DNA of 64,000 bases from contig BOYQ01000006.1 of assembly GCA_019651595.1 (NCBI GenBank), positions 44,044 through 108,043 on the forward strand, read 5' to 3'. The translations under genes and the position numbers were made by a program. The notes beneath the pieces were generated by a model. It had not been told where the DNA came from. It was given only the letters and a program-made list of their open reading frames with translations, and did not search any database. Source of the DNA: Candidatus Poseidoniales archaeon. Its GTDB lineage: Archaea; Thermoplasmatota; Poseidoniia; Poseidoniales; Poseidoniaceae. Positions 1 to 9,473 of this stretch are shown piece by piece. The first letter of the stretch is position 1. Every line of letters starts with the position of its first letter.

Positions 1-78
1 CCTGGCTCGCTGGTCGTGCTTTACCAGTACTACAACATCACGGTGAACCCCCCTGTGTATCCTGGGCGTCTTCGATGA
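1..78 (+). CDS. 3' end of an unidentified CDS (partial at window edge)
   Basis: Frame-1 reading frame is open from the window edge and ends at TGA 76-78 (...LVVLYQYYNITVNPPVYPGRLR*). No family recognised. Confidence 0.2.
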   Translation, partial: PGSLVVLYQYYNITVNPPVYPGRLR

Positions 79-79
79 T

Positions 80-274
80 ATGTGTGAGCCGCGGCCTCGC
101 GAACATTGGTATCCAGCGATTCTCTTGATTTACGGCGGAGGTTTTGCGCTTCTGTACGCTGCGTACCAGTTCGTGCGTCGGCGGCGAGCCTACGCTCTGG
201 GTGTTGTGCTCGGCGTCGTTCTTTCTGTTGTGATGTTTTACATGGCGACCATGATTCATTGGTTCCTTGAATGA
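80..274 (+). CDS. small hypothetical membrane protein (64 aa)
   Basis: ATG lies 2 nt after the upstream stop. Two hydrophobic helices are separated by an RRRR stretch. No homology recognised. Confidence 0.3.
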   Translation: MCEPRPREHWYPAILLIYGGGFALLYAAYQFVRRRRAYALGVVLGVVLSVVMFYMATMIHWFLE

Positions 275-369
275 TGGCGGTTTATCTCAGGAGGTTGGTC
301 GACCTCCTCAGCGGCCACGAATTCATCGCTTGGTTGAAGTGTGAGTAGCCGATGTCGGTGTGAAGCAGC

Positions 370-1189
370 ATGGCCGCAAGCCCCCTCCAACTCCCCGCGT
401 TTCCCCCGGCCGGTCCGTGGGAAGCCTACGTGGTGTTCGTGCTCTGGCTGCCGTTCATCTTCCGCTTGCTCATCCTCGCCAAACCGATGCGTGAAACCAT
501 CAACAAGCTCTCGCCTCACGCCGGATGGGCCCTCAAGCAACTCCGCACGCTTCCTGTCAAAGGCATGGGCCTCTTGGTGTTCAACGAAATCTTCGCCTTC
601 CTGATGCCGCCGCTGCTGGTCTTGTTGCTTCGGATGTTCATCGACCCGATCGGCTGGCAAACCTGGTCGGAAGTGACCAACACGGGCGGCGCCCTGCTGA
701 TGCTGGCGCTCTTCTTCTGGGTCGTCGCCGACCTGTTCCGTGTCGCTCGGGTAAGCCGCATGTTGACGGCCGTGCTGCGCCAAGACGTGAACAAACTCCG
801 CAAGGTGGCAGATGCCGGCCTGCGTGCCCGCAAGTGGTTCGCAAGATTTCCGGCGTGAGAAAGACAAGCCGGTCACCAAGAAAGAAATCAACGACGCCAG
901 CAAGGAAGCGGCCAAGAATTCCCTCAAGGTCTGGGCCGGGCGAGCGTTGCTCGCTCGCAAACTGAGCCCGGCAGGCTTGGTGAGCAGCGTGGCCCTCGGG
1001 GCAGCGGTGGAGGTCGGCAAAATCGGAGCGGGGAAATTCTCCGACGTGGTGGACAAGAAACTGCAGAAGGAATTCGAGGAGCGCACCAACACGCAATCCA
1101 AAACCCTCGTCCTGCTCTTCATTCGCGACATGGCGATGGGCGTCTTCCCGCTGCTGGTGCTGGCCATCGTTCCGTGGCTGCTGGGCTGA
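370..1189 (+). CDS. hypothetical multi-pass membrane protein, frame broken near 840-855
   Basis: ORFs 370-858 and 812-1189 overlap in different frames and both contain TM-like helices. They read as one protein of about 270 aa if a 1-nt indel is assumed. Confidence 0.4.
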
Positions 1190-1237
1190 GCGCCACCTTC
1201 ATGCCCTGCCTTCTTGTGGACGGTTTGAGGCACCTGC

Positions 1238-1972
1238 ATGTCCCTGCTCATCCTGATGCGCCACGGCCAATCGATGTGGAACGCAGCGAAACTCTTCACC
1301 GGCTGGGTGGACGTTCCCCTGACCCCCAAAGGCATTGACGAAGCCCGAGACGGCGGTCGTGCCATCGCCCACCTCCCATTGACGAAGTCCACGTCTCCAC
1401 CCTCATCCGAGCCCAAATGACGGCGATGATCGCCCTTTCCGAACACGGCAGCGGCAAAACGCCGGTCTTCCAGTACCCCACCGAGGTGGAGGAGGGAATG
1501 TCGGAGAACGAGGCCCGCATGCGAGAATGGGCCCAAATCCGTGGTGATGCGGGCCAGGACAACCTGCTCCCGGTTCACGTCGCCTGGCAGCTCAACGAAC
1601 GCATGTACGGCGACCTTCAGGGCCTGAACAAGGACGCGACCCGTGAGAAGTACGGCGCCGAACAGGTCCACATCTGGCGACGCTCCTACGACGTGCCACC
1701 ACCCAACGGTGAATCCCTCGAACTGACGGCCGCACGAACGATTCCCTACCTCGAGTCCACGCTGATTCCCGCCATCGACGAGGGCAAGAACGTCTTCGTC
1801 GCTGCCCACGGCAACTCGCTGCGCAGCATCATCATGCACCTTGACGGGCTCTCGAAAGAAGAGGTGCTCGGCTTGGAAGTCCACGGGCGTGCCCATCGTC
1901 TACGAGCGCACCGAGAGCCGGCTGGCAGCGAAAGGACGACCTCTGAGGTCAACGGGGCCGCCAAACCCATAA
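1238..1972 (+). CDS. gpmA: 2,3-bisphosphoglycerate-dependent phosphoglycerate mutase, two frame changes in this sequence
   Basis: His-phosphatase motif [12 protein letters not shown], then [24 protein letters not shown] and EV(P)TGVPIVYE. It is only continuous after shifts at C-runs near 1377 and 1878. The missing bases sum to 3 nt, so the frame is restored. Confidence 0.8.
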
Positions 1973-1995
1973 CCGGTCCTTACAGAACGGTGTTC

Positions 1996-2388
1996 ATGGA
2001 CAACATGCGAATCGGCACGCTCGCCATGCAGGTGAACCTCTGGGCTTCGCTGGGCTACGGCCTCATGCTGCTGCTCGTGCCCGACGTGTTCTGCGACCTG
2101 CTCGAGGCCGAAGCCGTCAACACGGCCTGGCTGCGCACCATCGGAGCGGCGCTCATCGGGACCAACGTCGTGGGCTCGTGGCTCTGGCTCAAATCGCCTG
2201 GCGTTGACATGGGCAAGGTCCAGTTTGCGACCGCTGCCCTTGAGGCGGCGGCCATGGCGACCTCGCTGATGCTCGACGAATTCACCGCCCAGAACCTCTG
2301 GATGGTTCAGGCTTCGGTCGTGCTGGCCGTCATGGTGGCGGCAGGTCTCTACCCCACCACCCAAGTGACCGCCTACGAAACGGCCTGA
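1996..2388 (+). CDS. hypothetical membrane protein (about 130 aa)
   Basis: ATG at 1996 lies downstream of the reconstructed gpmA stop. Four hydrophobic segments are present. The ORF track fuses it to the gpmA middle fragment. Confidence 0.45.
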   Translation: MDNMRIGTLAMQVNLWASLGYGLMLLLVPDVFCDLLEAEAVNTAWLRTIGAALIGTNVVGSWLWLKSPGVDMGKVQFATAALEAAAMATSLMLDEFTAQNLWMVQASVVLAVMVAAGLYPTTQVTAYETA

Positions 2389-2429
2389 GGCTGCGGTGCC
2401 TTTTTCGTGGTCCTCGTCAACCGCCTCCC

Positions 2430-4482
2430 ATGACCCACCCGTGGCGCTTTGACGGCTTCCCCGGAAGGGTGCTGTGGGTGGATTTGACCGCAGGTACTTG
2501 CGAGGCTCGGGACATTCCTCACGAGTGGTGCATTCAGCACATGGGCGGCAAAGCCCTCGCCACCAAACTCCTCGTCGAGTGGGACACGACGGACTACGAA
2601 GCGGCCACGGCCAATCAGCATCCCATCACCGGACGCATGGACGCTGCCTCGCATCCGAGCACGCCGCTGTTGTTCATGACCGGCCCCTATCAGGGCACGA
2701 AGGTGGGCTCTTCGGGGCGCGCCGTCGTGGTGACCCGCTCGCCGCTCACCGAGTGCTACATCGACACCTACATCGGCGGGAACATCGGCCACGACCTGCG
2801 AAAAGCGGGCTGGGACGGTCTCTTCATCACCGGCGCCAGCGAATCCTGGGTCCGCCTCGAGATCAACGACGCCTCAGCCACCCTCCACCCCGCCGACGAC
2901 CTCGTGGGCAAGACGACATGGGAGGTCGAGCAGGCGCTTGACGACCTGGGCGAGTGCCTGTCCATCGGACCCGCCGGCGAGAACGGCATTCGCATCGCCT
3001 CCCCGCTCACGGCCGGACGCCGGGCGGCCGGTCGCGGCGGCACCGGGGCCTCGTTTGGGTTCAAGCGCCTCAAGGCGTTCACCGTCAAGGCCAGCAAAGA
3101 GGCGGCCGCCGCCATGCGCTACGCCGAAGAATTCTCCATGGCCGACGCCATCAAAGAACAGCGCAAGGAAATGGGGAAGCGACGAAAGTACGGCGACCCG
3201 TTCTACGCGTTTGGCACCAGCCGAGGCCCGATTTACGCCGCCGAAAACGGCCGCATGCCCACGGCGAACTACACCTCCACGGACGCCCAAATTCCGGACC
3301 TGTCGGCCCTCAAAGTCGGCGGCGGTGCGGGCGGTCAAACGGCGGAAGCCGTCGCTGGAGGAGCCTCCGCCGTCACCGTTGTTTCGGCCATGGACACCCA
3401 CGAACTCTCGGGAGAACACTGGCATGAATCCCTGCCCGATGCCAAGCAGTCCGGCTGTTGCGCTCCCTGCCCCATCGCTTGTGAGGCGGCCGACCGACCG
3501 ACGGTGGACGGCGTGAAAATGCGAGGACGCCCGGTTCACGTGAACCGCGTCGACCGTCCCGAGTACGAAACCCTCGCCATGCTCGGGGCCAACCTCGGCA
3601 TCGGCTCAAGCCTTGATGTGATGGACGGCAACGACGCCGCCAACCGTTTGGGCATCGACACCATTTCCGGCGGCGCTGCGCTGTCGTTCATGTGCGAGGC
3701 GGCCCAGCGAGGCTGGCTGCCCGAGGGCTGGGCCGACCACTTCCACGCCCGTTTGACTTCGGGTCCTACCGAGAGGGCGACGTCGTGCCGTGGGCGTTTG
3801 GCATTCCCGAATTGCCGCCGCTCTCCCCTTCACCTGCTCGCTCACGCCACCCCGGGGACGGCACTCTGTTTGGCACCCTGACGGCCGGTGCCGTGGCTGC
3901 CAGCGAACACATCGAAGCTCTGACCGGCCACCCCACCACTCGCCTGACGGCGCACTGCAAGGGCCTCGACCTGCCGGCGTGGGACCGCGCGGCAAGCGGC
4001 AACGCCATGGCCTACATGACGGCCAACGTGGGGGCGTCCCACATGCGGGCCGGCTACAAAGCGCCCACCGGGCTGCCCAACCGCTCGGCCGTGGATTTGA
4101 TGGAGGAGCTGGTGGACAGCCAGCACAGCATCGTCATTCGCGATTCGATGATCCTCTGCGCCTTCGCCAAGGGGCCACGCCCGACGACGTGATGGTTCAG
4201 GCCTGGAAGGCCACGACCGGTGATGATTGCACCTGGGACGACTGATGGAACGTGCTCGAGTGCAGTGGGACCAAGCCCGTCAGTGGAACGTGGAGCATTG
4301 GGCCCGGCAAGGCAAAACAGCGGCTCAGGAAGACCTCCTTTCCTGGCGCTTCGAAGGGAGCCCATTCCACCGGCGTGGCGGCCGGGATGGTCTCGTTCAT
4401 GGACGACGACGACGAGGCGGCCTGCATGGCGGCCTACTACCAGCACCGCGGTTGGAACAGCGAGGGCGTTCCGGCCGAGTGA
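2430..4482 (+). CDS. aor: aldehyde:ferredoxin oxidoreductase (tungsten/molybdopterin AOR family), at least 4 frame changes in the 3' third
   Basis: AOR N-domain motifs are present (GGKALATKLL, MTGPYQGT..SSGR, IGPAGEN). The C-terminal part includes MAYMTANVGASHMRAGY and ends YYQHRGWNSEGVP. Fragments are 2430-3881, 3692-4192, 3790-4245, 4227- and 4252-4482. Confidence 0.8.
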
Positions 4483-4542
4483 AAGAAATCGCCCGTCAAA
4501 GCGAGCAACAAGGCTTATGCTCACGAAGCCATAGGTGGCCAC

Positions 4543-5988
4543 ATGAACCCACGTCGTGCGGTCTTGCTGGCGGCGCTCATGGTCTCCATGTCCCTTTCGG
4601 GTTGCTTCGGTGAGGCCGAAGTGGAAGAGGAAACGGTGGTCTCCAGCGTCTGGACGTTTGAGCGTCCTGAACTCACCTGGTACCACTTCCCCGACGCCGT
4701 TGACGTGTGGGGCGACGATACGGTTGACTTGAGCGGACGCAACCTGCCTTACCCTGCAGAGGGCACCTACTACAGCATCGGCATGTCGACCTTCGAGCCA
4801 ACCATGGGCATCACGCAGAGCGACACGCTGTTCATGTCCTCCTACGGCAACGGTCCAGCCGGTTCCACCGCCGTGGTGGCCTGCGACCTCATCGGCATGA
4901 CGGGCACGCTCGATTATTCCTGCGAGAACGTCTACGACCCGTTCTTCCCCATCGCCAACTCCAACGACCCCTACATCTACGTCGACCCGTGGACCAGCCG
5001 CATCATGAAGTTCGACATGCACGCATTGCTCGGCATGACGGTGGAGTGGTCCGACGACGATGGAGCGTCGTGGAACGGCCCGAGCGTGGCCACCCAGATC
5101 TACTCCGTTCAGGACCACCAGACCATCGCCAGCAGCAACATGCCCGCCATGTTCCACCCCACGACGTGGATGTTCTGCATCAACGGCAACGCGCCTCATC
5201 CGCTCTGCTCTTCGAGCCAAGACGGCGGCGCCACGTGGGGCCCGGAAACGTCCGGTGCGCCGGTCACCTGTTCATCGGGCGGTCTTTCCGCTCACCTCGT
5301 GGGCAGCATTGACGGGAACTTCTACCGCGGCAACAAGGGTTGCACGGGCGAAGGCTACTCCGTGTTCCGCACCACCAACGCCGGTATCTCGTGGACGGAG
5401 CACCCTCTACCCACCGAAATTACCGGAACGGCCGACACCTGGAACGCCGAGGAAGCACAGGTCGAGGTGGACTCGGCGGGCAACGTCCACGCCATGTGGA
5501 ACGGGCTGGACAACAAGCCCTACTGGTCGTACTCCCGAGACCAAGGTGAGACGTGGTCCAACGCCACCATGATCGCTCCGCCCATCAACCTCTCCGGCAC
5601 CGGTTTCCCGGTCGTCGTCGCCGGTGACGAGGGCACCGTGGCCTTCGGCTACGTCGGCGAAACAGCCGGCGAGGACGAGGTCTGGAACGCCTACCTCACC
5701 TACACGACCGACGCCTTCAACGAAACACCGCTGTTGACCACCGTTCAACTCAACGGCATCGACGACCCCATCGACACCGAACCGGATTGCGGCTACAACC
5801 GATGCGGCGGTCTCGGCGATTTCCTCGACATCCGCGTGGACGCTTACGGCCGGACCTGGTTCTCCCTGTCCCACAACATTGGCGACCAGGGCATTTTCGG
5901 CACCTTCCACATCGGGCCGAGCCTCCGAGGCGAAACGGTGACCATGCTGGACGAGATGCCACCGGGCGGAACCGCCAGCCTCCTGTGA
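4543..5988 (+). CDS. secreted lipoprotein with BNR/Asp-box (sialidase-like beta-propeller) repeats
   Basis: Signal peptide with lipobox LSLSGC. Asp-boxes are SDDDGASW, SQDGGATW, TNAGISW and SRDQGETW. It is a paralogue of 29800-31281. Confidence 0.8.
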   Translation: MNPRRAVLLAALMVSMSLSGCFGEAEVEEETVVSSVWTFERPELTWYHFPDAVDVWGDDTVDLSGRNLPYPAEGTYYSIGMSTFEPTMGITQSDTLFMSSYGNGPAGSTAVVACDLIGMTGTLDYSCENVYDPFFPIANSNDPYIYVDPWTSRIMKFDMHALLGMTVEWSDDDGASWNGPSVATQIYSVQDHQTIASSNMPAMFHPTTWMFCINGNAPHPLCSSSQDGGATWGPETSGAPVTCSSGGLSAHLVGSIDGNFYRGNKGCTGEGYSVFRTTNAGISWTEHPLPTEITGTADTWNAEEAQVEVDSAGNVHAMWNGLDNKPYWSYSRDQGETWSNATMIAPPINLSGTGFPVVVAGDEGTVAFGYVGETAGEDEVWNAYLTYTTDAFNETPLLTTVQLNGIDDPIDTEPDCGYNRCGGLGDFLDIRVDAYGRTWFSLSHNIGDQGIFGTFHIGPSLRGETVTMLDEMPPGGTASLL

Positions 5989-6031
5989 ATGCGTAGCGCA
6001 TCCTCAAGAAGCAGAACGACCACCTCAACTC

Positions 6032-6532
6032 ATGGAGGGCAAGAACCGCTGGCGGTCGGTGGCCCTCACCCTCCTGCTGGTTGCCTCACCCTGGCTGGCC
6101 GTCCAAGGCTGGATTGTCGCCGCCGCCCACGACCCCGAGCACACCACCATGCCGACCTGTCCGGACCCCACTGCCAATTGCGCTTCGCTCTCGTCGCAAT
6201 CCGTCGTTCGAATGGACGCCGGATTGACCACGCTGATTCAAGCCAACGTGAGCGAGGTGTGGGACGCTTGGGTCGAGTGGTCGGAGGACAACAAGTTGCG
6301 AAAGGGGCATTCAGCGCTGGGTGATGGAGGCGAACGGTTCGCTCACGGAGTTGCCATCACGCCGTTTTGGCGTTTTCCCGACGACGTCGTGGTTCAGTTC
6401 ACGCCGCAGGGCGAGGCCACCGCCATCGCCCTGTATTCCGCCTCCCGCTTGGGCGTTGGCGACCTCGGGGTCAACCCCGACCGACTGGAAAGCCTTCATG
6501 ATGCGCTCGTCGCTGTTCAGGCCACCAGCTGA
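6032..6532 (+). CDS. DUF1499-like protein with N-terminal hydrophobic anchor
   Basis: CPDPTANCAS motif and FPDDVVVQF...SRLGVGDLGVNPDRLE resemble DUF1499 as I recall it. Confidence 0.5.
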   Translation: MEGKNRWRSVALTLLLVASPWLAVQGWIVAAAHDPEHTTMPTCPDPTANCASLSSQSVVRMDAGLTTLIQANVSEVWDAWVEWSEDNKLRKGHSALGDGGERFAHGVAITPFWRFPDDVVVQFTPQGEATAIALYSASRLGVGDLGVNPDRLESLHDALVAVQATS

Positions 6533-7278
6533 GCCGTGGTCGTGTCCCAACCGTACGGGTAGCCGTGGTCGTCAACGAACACGATGTTGACCCCAACCCC
6601 CGACTTGTGAAAACCGATGAGTTGAATCTCATGAATCGCATGACCGCTCGGGGCACGACCAAGCACGGGAAGGGCATGTCGAGCAAAGAACGACCGTTTT
6701 CTGGGCTTTTTCTCCTCGGTTGACTTGAGGGTGCGCCGCGTTCCTTCCACGTCGTCGAACCAGGGCAAGGGGCCCTCGGGTGAGAAGCGAAGACCGAGGA
6801 TCATGTCGATGCCTTGGGTTTCCTGAGCCGCATCCGCATCGGCCCCGCTGGGGATGGCCGGTGCGTTGGGGTGCGTGTGGAGCCAGTGCGTGAATCGGCC
6901 GGCCCTTGAACCGCGGTCGGCCGAGAACATGTCGTCGGTCCAGTCCTCAGGCAGGTGATGGACGGAGTACGAATCCCCGCGGTTGACAATGTGGGCTTCC
7001 TTGATGACGTAGCCTTGCCCCTGGAACAGCCGGTCGTGAACTTCGTCGCCCTCGAAATAAGCGTCCACTTCGCTGCGATGGGGACGGTCGCCGTCGATGT
7101 CAATGCCGACCAGAATTTCATCGGGCAGGGCTTGAAGCGCCCACCAAACGAGGGACTGAAACACATCACCCGGCATGTGAACTTGGGCGAGGTAACCGCC
7201 ACGCTGGGCGTACGAATCCCGGTTGTAGGAGGTCATGAGGTCCTCCAACCACGCCTCCACCATGAAATTCCCAAACAT
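6517..7278 (-). CDS. JAMM/MPN+ metalloprotease-domain protein with about 100-aa C-terminal extension
   Basis: Complete JAMM signature: upstream E in LPDEILVG, plus HTHPNAPAIPSGAD (H-x-H-x7-S-x2-D). Start chosen at ATG 7278, because the longer ORF to 7386 would overlap the divergent gene. Confidence 0.7.
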   Translation of the reverse strand: MFGNFMVEAWLEDLMTSYNRDSYAQRGGYLAQVHMPGDVFQSLVWWALQALPDEILVGIDIDGDRPHRSEVDAYFEGDEVHDRLFQGQGYVIKEAHIVNRGDSYSVHHLPEDWTDDMFSADRGSRAGRFTHWLHTHPNAPAIPSGADADAAQETQGIDMILGLRFSPEGPLPWFDDVEGTRRTLKSTEEKKPRKRSFFARHALPVLGRAPSGHAIHEIQLIGFHKSGVGVNIVFVDDHGYPYGWDTTTAQLVA

Positions 7279-7339
7279 CCGTCCGTCAAAAGACCCGCGA
7301 AGGACAATCTTTGAAGAAGGGTCGGTCCAACCACACCTC

Positions 7340-8065
7340 ATGGCGAAGAAGAAAGGCGGGTTCGGTCGGTTCCTCGGCGCCATCACTGGAACGCCCTACG
7401 AGCGTCTGCTGAAGCAAATCGACAAGCTCGTCGACCAGTTTGACGACGACGATGAGGAACTCGCCAACCAACTCGAGGCGATGGTCGACCAGGCCGGCGA
7501 TGCCTACGAGGAAGAGAGCATTGACGAGGAAGAACACGATCTCATCATCGAAGCCATCGAAGAGGCCGACCCTGAGGGACGTGTGTTCGGTAAACTCGGC
7601 TCCGAAGAGGACGCCTTCTACGCCGGTGACGTCCCCGACGCCCCGGAACTCAAGCGCGAAAAGCGTGCCAACCTTGACGATTTGATGCGCGCCAAGGGCG
7701 ACGAATTCACCGGCAGTTTTGGCCGTGAAGAATTCGAAGAGTTCCGTGAGCGCATGACCGATGAATTCTACCAGGAATCGGACAACGCCATTCGTCAGGG
7801 CGACCACGAAGCCGAGATCCGCACCACCAACCGTGTGTTCGGCGGTGCAGAGGACGATGTCGACGACGCCAAGCGCCGCATCGTTGAGGAGACCGGCATG
7901 GCCGACCCAGCTGCCCAACCCGAGCCCGAACCCGAGGAAGAGGAAGAGTATGATGACAACTATTCCATTGACGAAGACGGCGTGGAATGGTTCGAAGACG
8001 AGGACGGCTACTGGTGGTATCGAGAGGAAGGTCAAACCGAGTGGCAGCCTTACGATGAGGAGTAG
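7340..8065 (+). CDS. highly acidic cytoplasmic protein ending in a Trp-rich WW/DUF2510-like module
   Basis: Start MAKKKGGFGRF. The sequence is long and D/E-rich. The C-terminus is DGVEWFEDEDGYWWYREEGQTEWQPYDEE. Confidence 0.65.
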   Translation: MAKKKGGFGRFLGAITGTPYERLLKQIDKLVDQFDDDDEELANQLEAMVDQAGDAYEEESIDEEEHDLIIEAIEEADPEGRVFGKLGSEEDAFYAGDVPDAPELKREKRANLDDLMRAKGDEFTGSFGREEFEEFRERMTDEFYQESDNAIRQGDHEAEIRTTNRVFGGAEDDVDDAKRRIVEETGMADPAAQPEPEPEEEEEYDDNYSIDEDGVEWFEDEDGYWWYREEGQTEWQPYDEE

Positions 8066-8067
8066 GG

Positions 8068-9471
8068 ATGAATTCCGCCGAGCATGAAGTCAACCAAAAA
8101 CGTCAATTTTGGGGCTTGTTGCTGGTTCCTTGCCTCGTTTTCTCCAACGTGCTTATTGCTCTAAACTGGGAGATTGATGACATCACTTGTTCATCGGATG
8201 GCGACTTCACCGCCTCCGGCTCAATCACCCTGGAAGGTGTTGAGTACGACGTTTACACCTTCAGCTACGACGCCCTTGATTCGGGTGGGAATTACAGGTC
8301 TGGAGATGGGGAATGCGAATTAAGCGACTGGGACGTTCGCACGGCCGATGAAATCGACCTTTTGATTCGAATAGGCGGATACAACGCAAGAGATGCATGT
8401 TCCTTAGAGGGCGACAGCGAGTGCGACGGCGCCGTCGATCAAGATGATACAAGGTGGATTCCCATGGGCTATGGGAGCCAACGGGAGAGTCTTGCCCTTG
8501 CGGGATACCTTGCCTTTGACGACGGCGGGTGGTTTGGCGACGGTTCTTTTTTGGCCGCAGTGGAGCCTGGCATTGAGATCACCGATTTCGAGGTTGATAT
8601 TCGCCCGTTCGATGATATCCTCTCCCCACTCGTTTACTCCGTCTTCCTCACGCCCGTTGCTCTCTGGTTTGTTAACCGGTGGGCGAAGACCAACCGCCAG
8701 CCTCACCCTCGACCGAGCGCCATTGTGTTTGGTAAAAACGTCCTCAAGGTCGCTGTCGTGCACGGATTATCGTTCACCAGCCTCATCCTTCTCGATGAGA
8801 CTCTTTCCGGTGTTGCGCTTTTCGCCCTCGTACCTCTCATATTGCTGACGCCCTCTCTGTTGGTGTATGCCGAGCGAAAGCGCCGCCTCTCCAGAGTGTG
8901 GACCTCGATTTTTGTTTTCCTTCTCGTCCCGATCCAAGTGGTGCTGCTCTTTATTGCGGGTCAGGGCGGCCCCCTTGGCTGCCATGCTTTCCTTACTGCA
9001 CCCGAGGTGAACCCTCTTGACACGCATCCGTCAATGGTCTACTACCTCTGGCTCGGCAGCCATGTGCCTCTGCTCTGGCACTACTTGACGGCTCGCCGCC
9101 TGCAACACCCACTGCTATACACCATCGTCATCCCTGTGCTCTTCGTTTTCCTCATTGACATGAGCATCAGTCACACAGCGATGCTCGCGGGCTACGGAGA
9201 ACCTGATGATTGTTCGGAGTACCAAAGTGCGTCCATTCGATACACCATTGGAACGGTGAGCCTCCTTCTCCTCGCCTGCACCATGACGCTGGCACGCCGC
9301 TACCACAGGGCACGCCGCACGGATTCGGATTCAGACGCTGAGGCCTCGGTTGTCCATGCGCCCTTGAGTCGCGAGGAAACGCTGCGGCAGGCTCAAGCGA
9401 TGGGACTTGAACTAAGCGATGATGGGTTGTCTTGGGTTCCTATGAACACGAAACGCCCTCCCTATCCGTAG
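8068..9471 (+). CDS. hypothetical multi-pass membrane protein with Cys-rich extracellular N-domain; tail ends KRPPYP
   Basis: ATG lies 2 nt after the upstream stop. About 8 hydrophobic helices. Lower GC than neighbours: about 45% in the first 100 nt by hand count, against about 62% at 2430-2529. Confidence 0.65.
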   Translation: MNSAEHEVNQKRQFWGLLLVPCLVFSNVLIALNWEIDDITCSSDGDFTASGSITLEGVEYDVYTFSYDALDSGGNYRSGDGECELSDWDVRTADEIDLLIRIGGYNARDACSLEGDSECDGAVDQDDTRWIPMGYGSQRESLALAGYLAFDDGGWFGDGSFLAAVEPGIEITDFEVDIRPFDDILSPLVYSVFLTPVALWFVNRWAKTNRQPHPRPSAIVFGKNVLKVAVVHGLSFTSLILLDETLSGVALFALVPLILLTPSLLVYAERKRRLSRVWTSIFVFLLVPIQVVLLFIAGQGGPLGCHAFLTAPEVNPLDTHPSMVYYLWLGSHVPLLWHYLTARRLQHPLLYTIVIPVLFVFLIDMSISHTAMLAGYGEPDDCSEYQSASIRYTIGTVSLLLLACTMTLARRYHRARRTDSDSDAEASVVHAPLSREETLRQAQAMGLELSDDGLSWVPMNTKRPPYP

Positions 9472-9473
9472 CG

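Noticed and set aside
256-1896. 546-aa ORF on the minus strand
   Set aside because: It lies antisense to gpmA and the membrane-protein genes. It is Arg/Gly/Pro/His-rich with no motif. This is a typical shadow ORF of GC-rich coding DNA.
4054-5220. 388-aa minus-strand ORF
   Set aside because: It lies antisense to the aor 3' end and the Asp-box lipoprotein gene, which have clear motifs. Its composition is low-complexity.
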